This document shows positions 1 to 20,877 of a stretch of DNA of 64,000 bases, one piece after another. A program made the position numbers and the translations under genes. The stretch is from the NCBI GenBank assembly GCA_964016885.1, contig OZ024742.1:225432001-225496000 (forward strand), read 5' to 3'. Under the pieces are notes generated by a model. It was not told the origin of the DNA. It searched no databases and saw nothing but the letters and a program-made list of their open reading frames with translations. The DNA is from Eledone cirrhosa. Taxonomy: Eukaryota. Every line of letters begins with the position of its first letter. Within the stretch, counting starts at the first letter, position 1.

Positions 1-1849
<1,849 letters not shown>

Positions 1850-1851
<2 letters not shown>

Positions 1852-1950
1852 CATCATCATCAACGTTTAACATCCGTGTTCCACGCTTGCATGGGTTTGG
1901 ACGGGGGTTTTCCACTTGAGGCAAGAGTGATTGTCTTGCTCGCATAGAGC
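1850..1950 (-). mobile_element. SINE 3' fragment with (CAT)n tail
   Basis: catcatcatcaacgtttaacatccgtgttccacgcttgcatgggtttggacgg matches the reverse complement of about 46005-46103. Confidence 0.65.
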
Positions 1951-3152
1951 TAATAATATGTGGTCCAAGAGAACCAACAGAGACAAAAGAAGCTCCGGGA
2001 CGCTATCCAACCTTAACTTCTACAAGGCTAACTGGAAAAAGATTAAGAGTGAAATCCGGAAGCAAACATGGAGTGAAAACACCGCCACACAAGACACTAA
2101 CACACAATTTCAACACTTCATGACAACGATACACACCATATGCAAAAAGTGTGTCCCGGAGAAAGAGGCAAACAGACACAAAAATCTTATTCCCAGAGAT
2201 AGGAAAATCCTTATGAGACGTAGAACTAAACTCTCAAACCAGTTGAATAGTCAACAAAACAAAAACAAGAAGGAATTCTATTTGAAACGTGCACTACTTG
2301 ACACCGAGATTGCACTCAAACTTTCACATGAAAATGAGAGGGCAAAGAAAGAGAACAGGGCCATAGAAAACATTAAAACAAACCCTAAGGCCTTTTTTAA
2401 ATTTGCAAAGAAACTGCCTCAGTACACTGCAAGATTGGGCCACTCTTCCACACGGACGGTTCATTAACCGAAAATCCCCAAGAGATATGTGAAATACTGA
2501 ACGAACAGTACAAAAGTGTCTTCACATGTCCACTGAGGCACATGCAAATAACGAAGCCAGAGGAGTTCTTTGATGCCACAACACTACATCAAGAAATGGC
2601 AACCATCAACCACATAGACATAACGGAGGAGGATGTGGTGTACGCCATTGATGAAATTAGAACAGACTCGGCTGCTGGACCTGATGGATTCCCAGCAGTT
2701 CTCCTAAAAATATGTAAGCGGGCCTTAGCAACTCCACTGAAGATGCTCTTCAGAAGCTCCTTGGCTAGCGGTGTACTACCCAGGGAGCTGAAAGAAGGCA
2801 CAATATGCCCTATCCATAAAGGAGGTAGTAGAGCGAGGCCAAGAACTATAGGCCAGTCTCCCTGACGTCGCATATCAGTAAGGTCATGGAGCGAGTCGTC
2901 AGAAAGAAACTAATCACTTTCCTCAAAGAAAATGACCGCCTGACTAGCACGCAACATGGCTTCCGCCCAGGAAGAAGCTGCCTTACACAGCTGCTACATC
3001 ACTACGACTGGGTACTGAGACAACTACTAGACAGCTCACATGTGGACGTGATATATCTTGACTTTGCGAAGGCCTTTGACAAGGTCGACCACGGAATGAT
3101 ATGTCACAAACTACACGGACTCGGCATAACTGGAAAAGTAGGTGAGTGGCTG
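1951..3152 (+). mobile_element. CR1-clade LINE internal fragment (frameshifted ORF2)
   Basis: Motifs [25 protein letters not shown] and [16 protein letters not shown] spread over ORFs 1931-2467, 2542-2865 and 2886-3167. Confidence 0.88.
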
Positions 3153-3305
3153 CATGTGAAAGTTTGAGTGCAATCTCGGTGTCAAGTAGTGCATGTTTCA
3201 AATAGGATTCCTTCTTGTTTTTGTTTTGTTGACTATTCAACTGGTTTGAGAGTTTAGTTCTACGTCCCATAAGGATTTTCCTATCTCTGGGAATAAGATT
3301 TTTGT
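3153..3305 (-). repeat. 153-bp inverted duplicate of 2178-2330
   Basis: Reverse complement matches 2178-2330 with 3 substitutions; junction falls at CATG. Confidence 0.92.
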
Positions 3306-7752
<4,447 letters not shown>

Positions 7753-9627
7753 TTTTCATTTGCAAAAAAACACAAATCACTGGCTCTACTGTTGGCCCTC
7801 TAATTGATGAAAATGGCACTCTTCAAGACAATGCTAAAACCATGGGTGAGATACTGCAGAAACAATACTGCTCTGTTTTCAGCAATCCTGATATGGCCGA
7901 TCTGGGCTGTATCGGCGATGTTACTCCCCATTACACCTTATCGGACATAACGTTTGGCGCCCCTGATGTCTTGGCGGCAATAAAGGAAATCAAGCATAAT
8001 TCAGCAGTAGGTCCGATAGGTTCCCTGCTTGTGTCTTGAAGGCGTGTCAACACCAACTTGCTTCTCCTCTTGCCAATCTGTGGCGGAACTCACTGGATGC
8101 TGGATATGTGCCAGAAAACCTTCTATCCCAGTCTGTTGTCCCAGTTTTCAAAAAGGAAACAAATCCCTTGCCGTGAATTACCGTCCAATCTCACTCACCT
8201 CTCATATCATTAAGGTATTTGAGCAAGTGGTGAGATCGCGAATGACCCACTTCCTTGAGAGTAACAATATGCTGAACTCCAACCAGCATGGATTCCGTAA
8301 TGGAAGGGATTGCCTGACGCAACTACTGCATCACTTTGATGACATTTTGAGAGCCTTGGAGAGGGTTCCAACACTGATGTTATCTACCTTGATTTCAGCA
8401 AGGCCTTTGACAGGGTTGATCATAACATTCTACTGAGAAAGCTGTCCAATATTGGTGTCACTGGAAAGCTGCTGCAGTGGATCAAGAGCTTCCTGTCAAA
8501 CAGAACCCAACATGTTGTAGTTGAGGGAGTCAAATCAAGCCCAGCCAAAGTCAGTAGTGGAGTCCCACAAGGCACTGTGTTGGGCCCACTTCTCTTCATC
8601 ATCTATATTAATGACATCACTGACATCATCAAACACAGCAACATTAAAATTTTCGCTGATGATTCCAAGCTCCAAAAGGTCATCAATGGCGTTGGATGAC
8701 CGGATAAGCCTTCAGTCAGACCTACTGGCTGTTACCCAATGGGCAGAAAAGAACAACATGTTACTGAACGAAGACAAATTCGAACTGATCCACTTTGGAA
8801 AAGAGGATGCTCTGAAACTCCCGTACTCCCTTCCCTCCGGGGAAACTCTCGTGGCATCTAACAACATCAGAGACTTGGGAGTAACCGTAGACAGCAACAT
8901 AAGCTGGACCACGCATATAAGCAGCAAAGTTGACATGGCCCGCAGAATGTGTTCCTGGATCCTCAGAACCTTCCAGTCGAGAGATTCCCGCACCATTATC
9001 CTTCTCTTCTCTACTTTCGCCCGACCACACCTTGAATACTGTTGTCCACTGTGGTCTCCCCACACGAAACAAAGTATCATGAAACTTGAAGCTCCTCAAA
9101 GGGCAATCACGAAAAAGATAGATGGCATGTCAGACCTTGACTACTGGGGTCGATTGGAAAACCTGAAACTTTACTCACTCCAACGTCGCCGTGAGCGTTA
9201 TATTATCTGCATGATGTGGAAAATGTTCCATCATCACTGCCCAAATGATGTTGGCATCGCCTTCAAGATACACCCAAGGCTTGGGCCCCGTGCTATCCGT
9301 CCCATTCAAAAATCTAAATCGCAACTCATAACAACAATACGGCACAATTATTTCACCTCAATCGGCCCTGCTCTCTTCAACATCACACCAGGACACGTCA
9401 AAACAGAAACTGACCACACAAAATTCAAGAAGTCTTTGGACAAATTCCTCCAAGTAATCCCGGACAAACCACCCACACCCGGATATGTCTCCGCAAACAG
9501 TAATTCTCTTCTCGAATGGGCCATGGTGCCCAAATCCTGAATTGAAAGACTTCGCCAGGTGGTGCTATTCAGTTAGACATGGCCTGGGCCAATACTGGCC
9601 AAAACATTTCAAAGTTATTCAAAGTTA
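7753..9627 (+). mobile_element. CR1-clade LINE 3' portion (RT, C-terminus, short 3' tail); different family from 1951-3152
   Basis: NYRPISLTSH, QHGFRNGRDCLTQLL, SGVPQGTVLGP, FADD, RPHLEYCCPLWSP and LYSLQRRRER across frameshifts; ends in a repeated ttcaaagtta tail. Confidence 0.9.
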
Positions 9628-10210
<583 letters not shown>

Positions 10211-10370
10211 AATTGGAATAAATGCTCTGAAATAGCGATATATATGTGAATATAGACATAGAATATTCGAAAATATTCTGTATGTTTATAATAAACATTT
10301 TGAAGACCTAATCGCTATAGAATAGAATACGTCACGTATTACAATTAGATTCTCGATAAAAGCAAGGGAA

Positions 10371-10413
10371 GTAATCTACGCGTTTCATTCTTGTTAGAAA
10401 TCATCAGGACTAC
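10371..10413 (-). ncRNA. Type I hammerhead ribozyme (array copy 1)
   Basis: Minus strand reads GUAGUC-CUGAUGA-U-UUCU-aaca-AGAA-U-GAAA-CGC-GUA-GAUUAC; stem I is extended by the 16-bp inverted repeat 10349-10364/10422-10437. Confidence 0.85.
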
Positions 10414-10680
10414 ATATCCAGTGCTTTTATCGAGAATGACACAGCTAGAGACTTATAGAATACTTAGCTGTGTACAGGAACTGGTTTGAAAGAGCGGTTG
10501 CCGGTCCGGCAGAAATTAGAAATTGGAATAAATGCTCTGAAATAGCGATATATATGTGAATATAGACATAGAATATTCGAAAATATTCTGTATGTTTATA
10601 ATAAACATTTTGAAGACCTAATCGCTATAGAATAGAATACGTCACGTATTACAATTAGATTCTCGATAAAAGCAAGGGAA

Positions 10681-10723
10681 GTAATCTACGCGTTTCATTC
10701 TTGTTAGAAATCATCAGGACTAC
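10681..10723 (-). ncRNA. Type I hammerhead ribozyme (array copy 2)
   Basis: Identical to copy 1, 310 bp further on. Confidence 0.85.
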
Positions 10724-10990
10724 ATATCCAGTGCTTTTATCGAGAATGACACAGCTAGAGACTTATAGAATACTTAGCTGTGTACAGGAACTGGTTTGAA
10801 AGAGCGGTTGCCGGTCCGGCAGAAATTAGAAATTGGAATAAATGCTCTGAAATAGCGATATATATGTGAATATAGACATAGAATATTCGAAAATATTCTG
10901 TATGTTTATAATAAACATTTTGAAGACCTAATCGCTATAGAATAGAATACGTCACGTATTACAATTAGATTCTCGATAAAAGCAAGGGAA

Positions 10991-11033
10991 GTAATCTACG
11001 CGTTTCATTCTTGTTAGAAATCATCAGGACTAC
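10991..11033 (-). ncRNA. Type I hammerhead ribozyme (array copy 3)
   Basis: Identical to copy 1, 620 bp further on. Confidence 0.85.
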
Positions 11034-11300
11034 ATATCCAGTGCTTTTATCGAGAATGACACAGCTAGAGACTTATAGAATACTTAGCTGTGTACAGGAA
11101 CTGGTTTGAAAGAGCGGTTGCCGGTCCGGCAGAAATTAGAAATTGGAATAAATGCTCTGAAATAGCGATATATATGTGAATATAGACATAGAATATTCGA
11201 AAATATTCTGTATGTTTATAATAAACATTTTGAAGACCTAATCGCTATAGAATAGAATACGTCACGTATTACAATTAGATTCTCGATAAAAGCAAGGGAA

Positions 11301-11343
11301 GTAATCTACGCGTTTCATTCTTGTTAGAAATCATCAGGACTAC
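11301..11343 (-). ncRNA. Type I hammerhead ribozyme (array copy 4)
   Basis: Identical to copy 1, 930 bp further on. Confidence 0.85.
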
Positions 11344-11544
11344 ATATCCAGTGCTTTTATCGAGAATGACACAGCTAGAGACTTATAGAATACTTAGCTG
11401 TGTACAGGAACTGGTTTGAAAGAGCGGTTGCCGGTCCGGCAGAAATTAGAAATTGGAATAAATGCTCTGAAATAGCGATATATATGTGAATATAGACATA
11501 GAATATTCTCTAGCTGTGTCATTCTCGATAAAAGCACTGGATAT

Positions 11545-11587
11545 GTAGTCCTGATGATTTCTAACAAGAATGAAACGCGTAGATTAC
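11545..11587 (+). ncRNA. Type I hammerhead ribozyme (array copy 5)
   Basis: gtagtc CTGATGA tttctaacaagaat GAAA cgc GTA gattac; predicted cleavage after A11581. Confidence 0.85.
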
Positions 11588-11853
11588 TTCCCTTGCTTTT
11601 ATCGAGAATCTAATTGTAATACGTGACGTATTCTATTCTATAGCGATTAGGTCTTCAAAATGTTTATTATAAACATACAGAATATTTTCGAATATTCTAT
11701 GTCTATATTCACATATATATCGCTATTCAGAGCATTTATTCCAATTTCTAATTTCTGCCGGACCGGCAACCGCTCTTTCAAACCAGTTCCTGTACACAGC
11801 TAAGTATTCTATAAGTCTCTAGCTGTGTCATTCTCGATAAAAGCACTGGATAT

Positions 11854-11896
11854 GTAGTCCTGATGATTTCTAACAAGAATGAAACGCGTAGATTAC
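11854..11896 (+). ncRNA. Type I hammerhead ribozyme (array copy 6)
   Basis: Same motif; predicted cleavage after A11890. Confidence 0.85.
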
Positions 11897-12163
11897 TTCC
11901 CTTGCTTTTATCGATAATCTAATTGTAATACGTGACGTATTCTATTCTATAGCGATTAGGTCTTCAAAATGTTTATTATAAACATACAGAATATTTTCGA
12001 ATATTCTATGTCTATATTCACATATATATCGCTATTTCAGAGCATTTATTCCAATTTCTAATTTCTGCCGGACCGGCAACCGCTCTTTCAAACCAGTTCC
12101 TGTACACAGCTAAGTATTCTATAAGTCTCTAGCTGTGTCATTCTCGATAAAAGCACTGGATAT

Positions 12164-12206
12164 GTAGTCCTGATGATTTCTAACAAGAATGAAACGCGTA
12201 GATTAC
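12164..12206 (+). ncRNA. Type I hammerhead ribozyme (array copy 7)
   Basis: Same motif; predicted cleavage after A12200. Confidence 0.85.
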
Positions 12207-12330
12207 TTCCCTTGCTTTTATCGATAATCTAATTGTAATACGTGACGTATTCTATTCTATAGCGATTAGGTCTTCAAAATGTTTATTATAAACATACAGA
12301 ATATTTTCGAATATTCTATGTCTATATTCA

Positions 12331-15499
<3,169 letters not shown>

Positions 15500-15534
15500 A
15501 GGAGGTGAGTTTTATTGTAGTACAATAATTTTTT

Positions 15535-15734
15535 NNNNNNNNNNNNNNNNNNNNNNNNNNNNNNNNNNNNNNNNNNNNNNNNNNNNNNNNNNNNNNNNNN
15601 NNNNNNNNNNNNNNNNNNNNNNNNNNNNNNNNNNNNNNNNNNNNNNNNNNNNNNNNNNNNNNNNNNNNNNNNNNNNNNNNNNNNNNNNNNNNNNNNNNNN
15701 NNNNNNNNNNNNNNNNNNNNNNNNNNNNNNNNNN
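15535..15734. other. Assembly gap (200 N)
   Basis: Run of N. Confidence 1.
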
Positions 15735-16688
15735 GCTCAGCTAGCCTGTGTTAAAGTTACAATGTTAAGTTTCTTTCTTGGCTTAAAAAACTGTAAGTGT
15801 CTACTGTGCAGACTTGCATGTGGTGTTTTTTATTAATATTCCCTCAACCAACAATTATGCCTTATGAAGTTAAGAAAACATAACGATAACCCGAATGTTA
15901 TAACAAAAGAGGATGCTGGGAGATAGAAACTGCACTGTTATTTATTAACAAGAGATCGAAAATGTAAACACTGCAACGCAGAGAAAAACATTAGCGTAAC
16001 CAAATTATCAGTTATGTCTGTCTGTACGCCTATATCACACTCTCTGCACGACTATCTGTCTGCACGCCTATATCACCTCTCTGCACGACTATCTGTCTGC
16101 ACGCGTATATCATCTCTCTGCACGACTGTCCTGTCTGCACGCCTATATCACCTCTCTGCACGACTATCTGTCTGCACGCCTATATCACCTCTCTGCACGA
16201 CTATCTGTCTGCACGCGTACTATCACCTCTCTGCACGACTGTCTGTCTGCACGACTGTCTGTCTGCACGCCTAACGACGAAATATTTGCTTGTTTTACGT
16301 AGTCTTTAAATAGACTTGTTTTCAAGTAAAAATATTGTTTTAAAAGGCTTTTAAATGGAAATGAAGCAAAACGGAAGCTTAGTGTTCGTGTATTGTGTTA
16401 ATGTCCATTTTAAACGCTGAGAAAGCCAGCGTAATTTTTTACGTAAGACGCTCAATGTAAACAGAACAAAGGGAAATAACTGATAACTTACGCTCAAAAA
16501 TCGATACATTATATTCGATTTCGTCACATAGGTGGGTCAATTTGAAATTTTTTTTTTTTCCGATGTCTTCGCTAGGGCTCAATGTACAAGTATAGCAATT
16601 TCGGTGCAATTCCGTGAGAGATTCCTAAGAGGAGATGTGTGCCAAAAATCGATAGACAGACAGACAACCACAGTTTTATATAGATAGA
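15735..16688 (-). mobile_element. Non-autonomous Helitron (3' end lost in the gap)
   Basis: Reverse complement of 47441-47936 plus an extra about 450-bp internal segment; 5' end reads A|TCTATCTATATAAAACTGTGGTTGTCTGTCTG. Confidence 0.8.
16015..16272. repeat. Minisatellite (ctgcacgactatctgtctgcacgcctatatcacctct variants) inside the Helitron
   Basis: Several degenerate tandem units of about 37 bp. Confidence 0.85.
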
Positions 16689-16714
16689 TAATTTCTCTCT
16701 TGCTCTCCCCATCT

Positions 16715-17110
16715 CTGGCAGTATCGGTAGATGGTCGGACTCCATGCTTTGACGCATAGAGTTATGGCCCTTGCCATTCTGAGTTCAAATCTCGCCGAGG
16801 TTAACTTTGCCTTTCATCCTAACAGTGGGTCGATAAAATAAAGTACCAGTAATGCACTGGGTAATTGCTGGCCTTGTGCCAAACGTAGAAACAATTATTA
16901 TAAGCATGGGCGAAGTGGGTTGGCAGTATCGGTAGAAGTTCAGACGCCATGCTTTGCAGCAAAGAGATTACGGCGCTTTATGATCTGAGTTCAAATCCCG
17001 CCAAGGTTAACTTTGCGCTTTCATCCTTACGGGGTCGACAAAATAAAGTACCGGTAATGTACTGGGTATTTGTGCTGGCCTTGTGCCAAAAGTAGAGAAC
17101 AATTATTATA
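16715..17110 (+). mobile_element. Two tandem tRNA-derived SINEs
   Basis: A-box-like TGGCAGTATCGGT, B-box GAGTTCAAATC, shared core gttaactttgcctttcatcc..gtcgataaaataaagtaccag and (ATT)n tail; copies at about 16715-16900 and 16918-17110. Confidence 0.85.
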
Positions 17111-17114
17111 AGCA

Positions 17115-17390
17115 AATGGAGGCCCACGCGCTGGCCGCCCCGAAGACCCCGCAGACAGAATAGAGAAAGCGTTTTCGCGGAGGAGGGAGACGCGTTGAAA
17201 GAGACATTCCAGTTCGCCAGGCTCACACATGCGGGTAGCCAACTCTATGCCGATGGTGGTGAGTAGGGAGGTGATCCTAGGGCTAAGGACACCAGAAGTC
17301 TCCACTGCTACGGGATCGACCGCAAACTTGTCGGAGAGCGACCGATATTTGGAGAGTTTACCCTCCTCGGCCCGAAGTGCAGCTGGCCTA
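17115..17390 (-). mobile_element. CRE-clade (restriction-like endonuclease) LINE 3' fragment
   Basis: Minus strand translates AALRAEEGKLSKYRSLSDKFAVDPVAVETSG...LFQRVSLLRENA, resembling the AE..K..KY/AVET.G/FQR.S....RGNA C-terminus of CRE elements; GC-rich island. Confidence 0.65.
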
Positions 17391-18523
17391 GATTAGTCAC
17401 AGAGCTATGGTTTTCTTATGTCAACTATATTTTACAAACAGAAATTATACAATGTTTGGAAATATTTAAAAAAAAGATAAAACCAAAATTAAGTAATGAA
17501 AAAACAAAGGAAAAGGGCAGATCTGGCTGTAGAGGAAAGGACTATAAATATACATAAATACCCCTAGTCAATGAGGGTTATCCGAAGCAGTGGATCTGAA
17601 TAATAATGGTAACCCTGACAAACAGCGTTCAGGCACGAATTTTAATATCGATTGAATAGAAGTAAACATGCACACACGTGTACACCAGGTCCGAACACAG
17701 AGGAGCCGAATTCCCACTGTCACCGCTTCACTACTATGAGCAAATGGGGTCCTAAAATAAATGTGAAGAAAAAGAGAGAAAGAGCAGAAAAGGAGGGTGA
17801 AGGGGAGAGGGGAAGGGACTCTGTGTCTAGTTGGGCGATGTTTCAGCTAAACGAAGATATAAATTTAGCTGTAGATTAAACATTACAGATAACTGATTTC
17901 AAAAGTGAAACCTCGAGATATGACTAATTAATGTCAAGTAGTTGATGTGTGTCTGTCTGTCTATGTATGTGTGTGCGTCCGTGTGAAAAGGGAGGTAACT
18001 GATAAAGCATTATCAATTATACAAATATGAATAAAAACCAGTGATGTACGATCGAATTTAATCAATTTGCCGCGAGGAAGAATAGAGATTTTGTGTTTAT
18101 AATAGGGCTCTATATCAGAGGGTAAGATATTCCTACAAATACTAATATATATTTATATATATATATTAGAGAGAGAAAGAGAGTCGTGTTTATAGGATTT
18201 TGTTAACACTTTTAATGCATGTAGCGTGGAAATACTAATTATAAATTATTTGGGATTTTCTTTACATCTTTGTTGATATTTATTGTAGATATGCTAGGAT
18301 TTCTGCGAGTTGATGCTTGTAGAGGCCAGTGTTGTTTGATGTGACGCGAGATACAGTTGAAATGACGAGAGGCGAGTCGTGTAGGTGTTGTTTCACATTC
18401 TAGTTTTTCTCGAAAGTAGGAACCATTTCAACGGTATTGTGCTGGTCCTTTTGGTATATACCCTTGCGTTACTATATTTCTAATGAAATACTGTCTGTGA
18501 TTTTCAAATAATTTTGAAAATAA

Positions 18524-18644
18524 TCGGAAATTTAGATGGATTTAGTAATATAATTAACTTCTCATCATTCAGGATGCATATGTTCCAAATGCATCCTGAA
18601 TGATGAGAAGTTAATTATATTACTAAATCCATCTAAATTTTCGA
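18524..18644. repeat. 56-bp-arm palindrome with 9-nt loop
   Basis: 18524-18579 and 18589-18644 are reverse complements with 1 mismatch. Confidence 0.9.
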
Positions 18645-19400
18645 TGGATTTTTGTTGTTGTATGTGGGCATAAATGTGTGTATTGCCTGCTTGTGTGTGT
18701 GTTCCTTTCTCTTTTCTTTCTTTTTATTTATAATATGATGTCGGTTATGTCTTAAAATTCTATCATAAAATTATGATAAAAGTTTTTTTATAAACATTTT
18801 AACTCTTTGTTTACCATGAAGTACTGCCTACAATTTTCCTATCATTTTGAAAAGAAGTATTTAGTAATATAAATAACTTTCTTGTTATTAAGCTGGTGTT
18901 TTGAACATAACCTAATAAAGTTTCTTATATAAAATTATGATGGAAGGTTTTTAAATAGATATAAGCAGTATCATACAGAGAACCATTTCAGCAGAAGGGT
19001 TTGTTTATACAGAGAAAAATTATACTGTGGTGGTTTATATAGAGATTTATTTTACAGTGGTGGTCGCTGTTTATACCGGGATTTATTTTTCAGTGGTGGT
19101 CGTTGTGATGTTTATACACAAAATCACTATACAACAAAGTTGTCAAGTAATTTTAATGAAAATCCTAGGAAATTGTAGTAAATGCTGGAAAGAAATTAGC
19201 ATGAATTACAAATGGTGTTTTATAGTTTTTGCTACTTTTGAGTGTTTTTGTCTATTACCTTTTTTTATTGGTGTATAATACACTTCTATTACAGATTTGT
19301 AACCTTAAAATTACGGATGCATTTGATACACGAGAACTTGTTTGATGCTTAAGTTATTGCAGACAGAACTAGTTTGGTGCTTAAGTTATTGCAGACATTG

Positions 19401-19442
<42 letters not shown>

Positions 19443-19481
19443 ATATTAAATAAATGGAAACTATATTTATAAAACCATATT

Positions 19482-19542
19482 TATTCTATTATATATATTT
19501 CAAGGGTACCAACATTTTGGTACGCTATCATCAGATAAAATA
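19482..19542 (-). ncRNA. Type I hammerhead ribozyme in a about 340-bp unit flanked by (TA)n
   Basis: Minus strand: tattttat CTGATGA tagc-gtaccaa-aatg-ttggtac-cctt GAAA tatata TA atagaata; outer inverted repeat 19466-19475/19551-19560. Confidence 0.7.
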
Positions 19543-19771
19543 CGAAGTGTGTTTTATAAATTTTGACAACCAAGAATAATATACCTTAACGGTTCAAGTT
19601 TTCCTTCGATAGTGAAGGGATAAGAGAAGAAAAGTCAGATATTTCAAATTATTAAGATGAGTATGCAAATGAGGTTTAGGTAAAAGTGTTTATATCTGAT
19701 TCAGAGCACTCCTGAATCAGTTACAAACATTTATATTTGTTGAATTACCAACAAATTGAATATCCCTTCTG

Positions 19772-19830
<59 letters not shown>

Positions 19831-20463
19831 ATAATAATAAAATTGAAGACTAAAATCCAAAGAGGGCTCGATAAGGAAAATATATATCAAATATATAAGA
19901 ACCGTAGAGCAAATATTTATTAAAATAACAGATTAAAGTTTAAGCAAAGAATCGCTGCTTTCACCCTTAACGGGATCTTTCGTGTATTTATATGTAGGTA
20001 TGCGTGTGCGCTTGTTATATACGTATTTATTTACTTATATACGTTGATATAATTATTTATTTATTTATTTGTACACAAGTATACACACACACACATATTT
20101 ATATGTGCGTGGTTTTGTATACCTATGGTAAGGTTTTGCGTATGCTTGTGTATGTACGTATCTGTTTGCATGTATGTATTTATTTGTTTCTATTACTTCT
20201 GTATTGTATTTATTTACTTTGTTCTTAACTCTGTAGCGGAGATCAATTTTAGTCTACGACTTCTGCTATACCATTTACGTGTTTTTGTCTTTGCGTGCTA
20301 TTGTTCTCCACGCTCCGTATATGACTTATTATCTTCGTTTTTTCGTTCATTGCCAGAGAACGTCTCTATGCACCACCTAAGAGAACATTAGTCTACGACC
20401 TCTTTTATACCATAAACGTGGTTCTGTCTTTGCGCGTAATTGTTTTTCACCGCTCCTATTAAT

Positions 20464-20663
20464 TGTTTCTACTTTTGGCACAAGGCCAGCAATTACCCAG
20501 TGTATTACTGGTACTTTATTTTATCGACCCCATAAGGATGAAAGGCAAAGTTAACCTCGGCGGGATTTGAACTCAGAATGGTTCAAATCCCGCCGAGGTT
20601 AACTTTGCCTTTCATCCTTATGGGGTCGATAAAATAAAGTACCAGTAATACACTGAGTATTTA
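20464..20663. mobile_element. SINE insertion with internal inversion and 16-bp target-site duplication (TSD)
   Basis: caccgctcctattaat at 20448-20463 and 20664-20679 flanks head-to-head SINE halves. Confidence 0.85.
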
Positions 20664-20794
20664 CACCGCTCCTATTAATGACGTATTATTCGTTTTTCCC
20701 CGTTCTTTGCCAGCGAACGTTACCACGAACCAAAGTATCGTCTTCCTGTCTTCCTCCGGTTGCAACGTTTTTTGAAATATCCAGTTCTGCGTTT

Positions 20795-20870
20795 ACAGAT
20801 TGACTTTGTTAGTTTCAGAAGATCCCGTTAAGGGTGAAAGCAGCGATTCTTTGCTTAAACTTTAATCTGT
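20795..20870 (+). ncRNA. Hammerhead-like motif with core substitution (CAGAAGA instead of CUGANGA)
   Basis: agttt CAGAAGA t-ccc-gttaa-ggg-t GAAA gca..tgc TT aaact; stem I extends via acagattga/ttaatctgt. Confidence 0.55.
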
Positions 20871-20877
20871 TATTTTA

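Larger units (their letters stand above)
10211..12330. mobile_element. 310-bp tandem array with internal inversion; candidate non-LTR retrozyme (hammerhead-containing repeat)
   Basis: Units start at 10211, 10521, 10831, 11141 and 11451 (partial). Orientation flips at 11507; inverted units end at 11746, 12056 and 12330 (partial). Seven units carry the type I HHR. Confidence 0.88.

Noticed and set aside
8655-8670. CTGATGA as a hammerhead core
   Set aside because: It is the FADD codons of the CR1 reverse transcriptase; no stems or GAAA follow.
10211-12330. CRISPR array or ordinary satellite interpretation
   Set aside because: Units are wholly identical with no unique spacers and no cas genes; the hammerhead content explains the repeat better.
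16715-17110. tRNA genes
   Set aside because: A/B-box-like motifs continue into the SINE core and tail; no cloverleaf can be formed.
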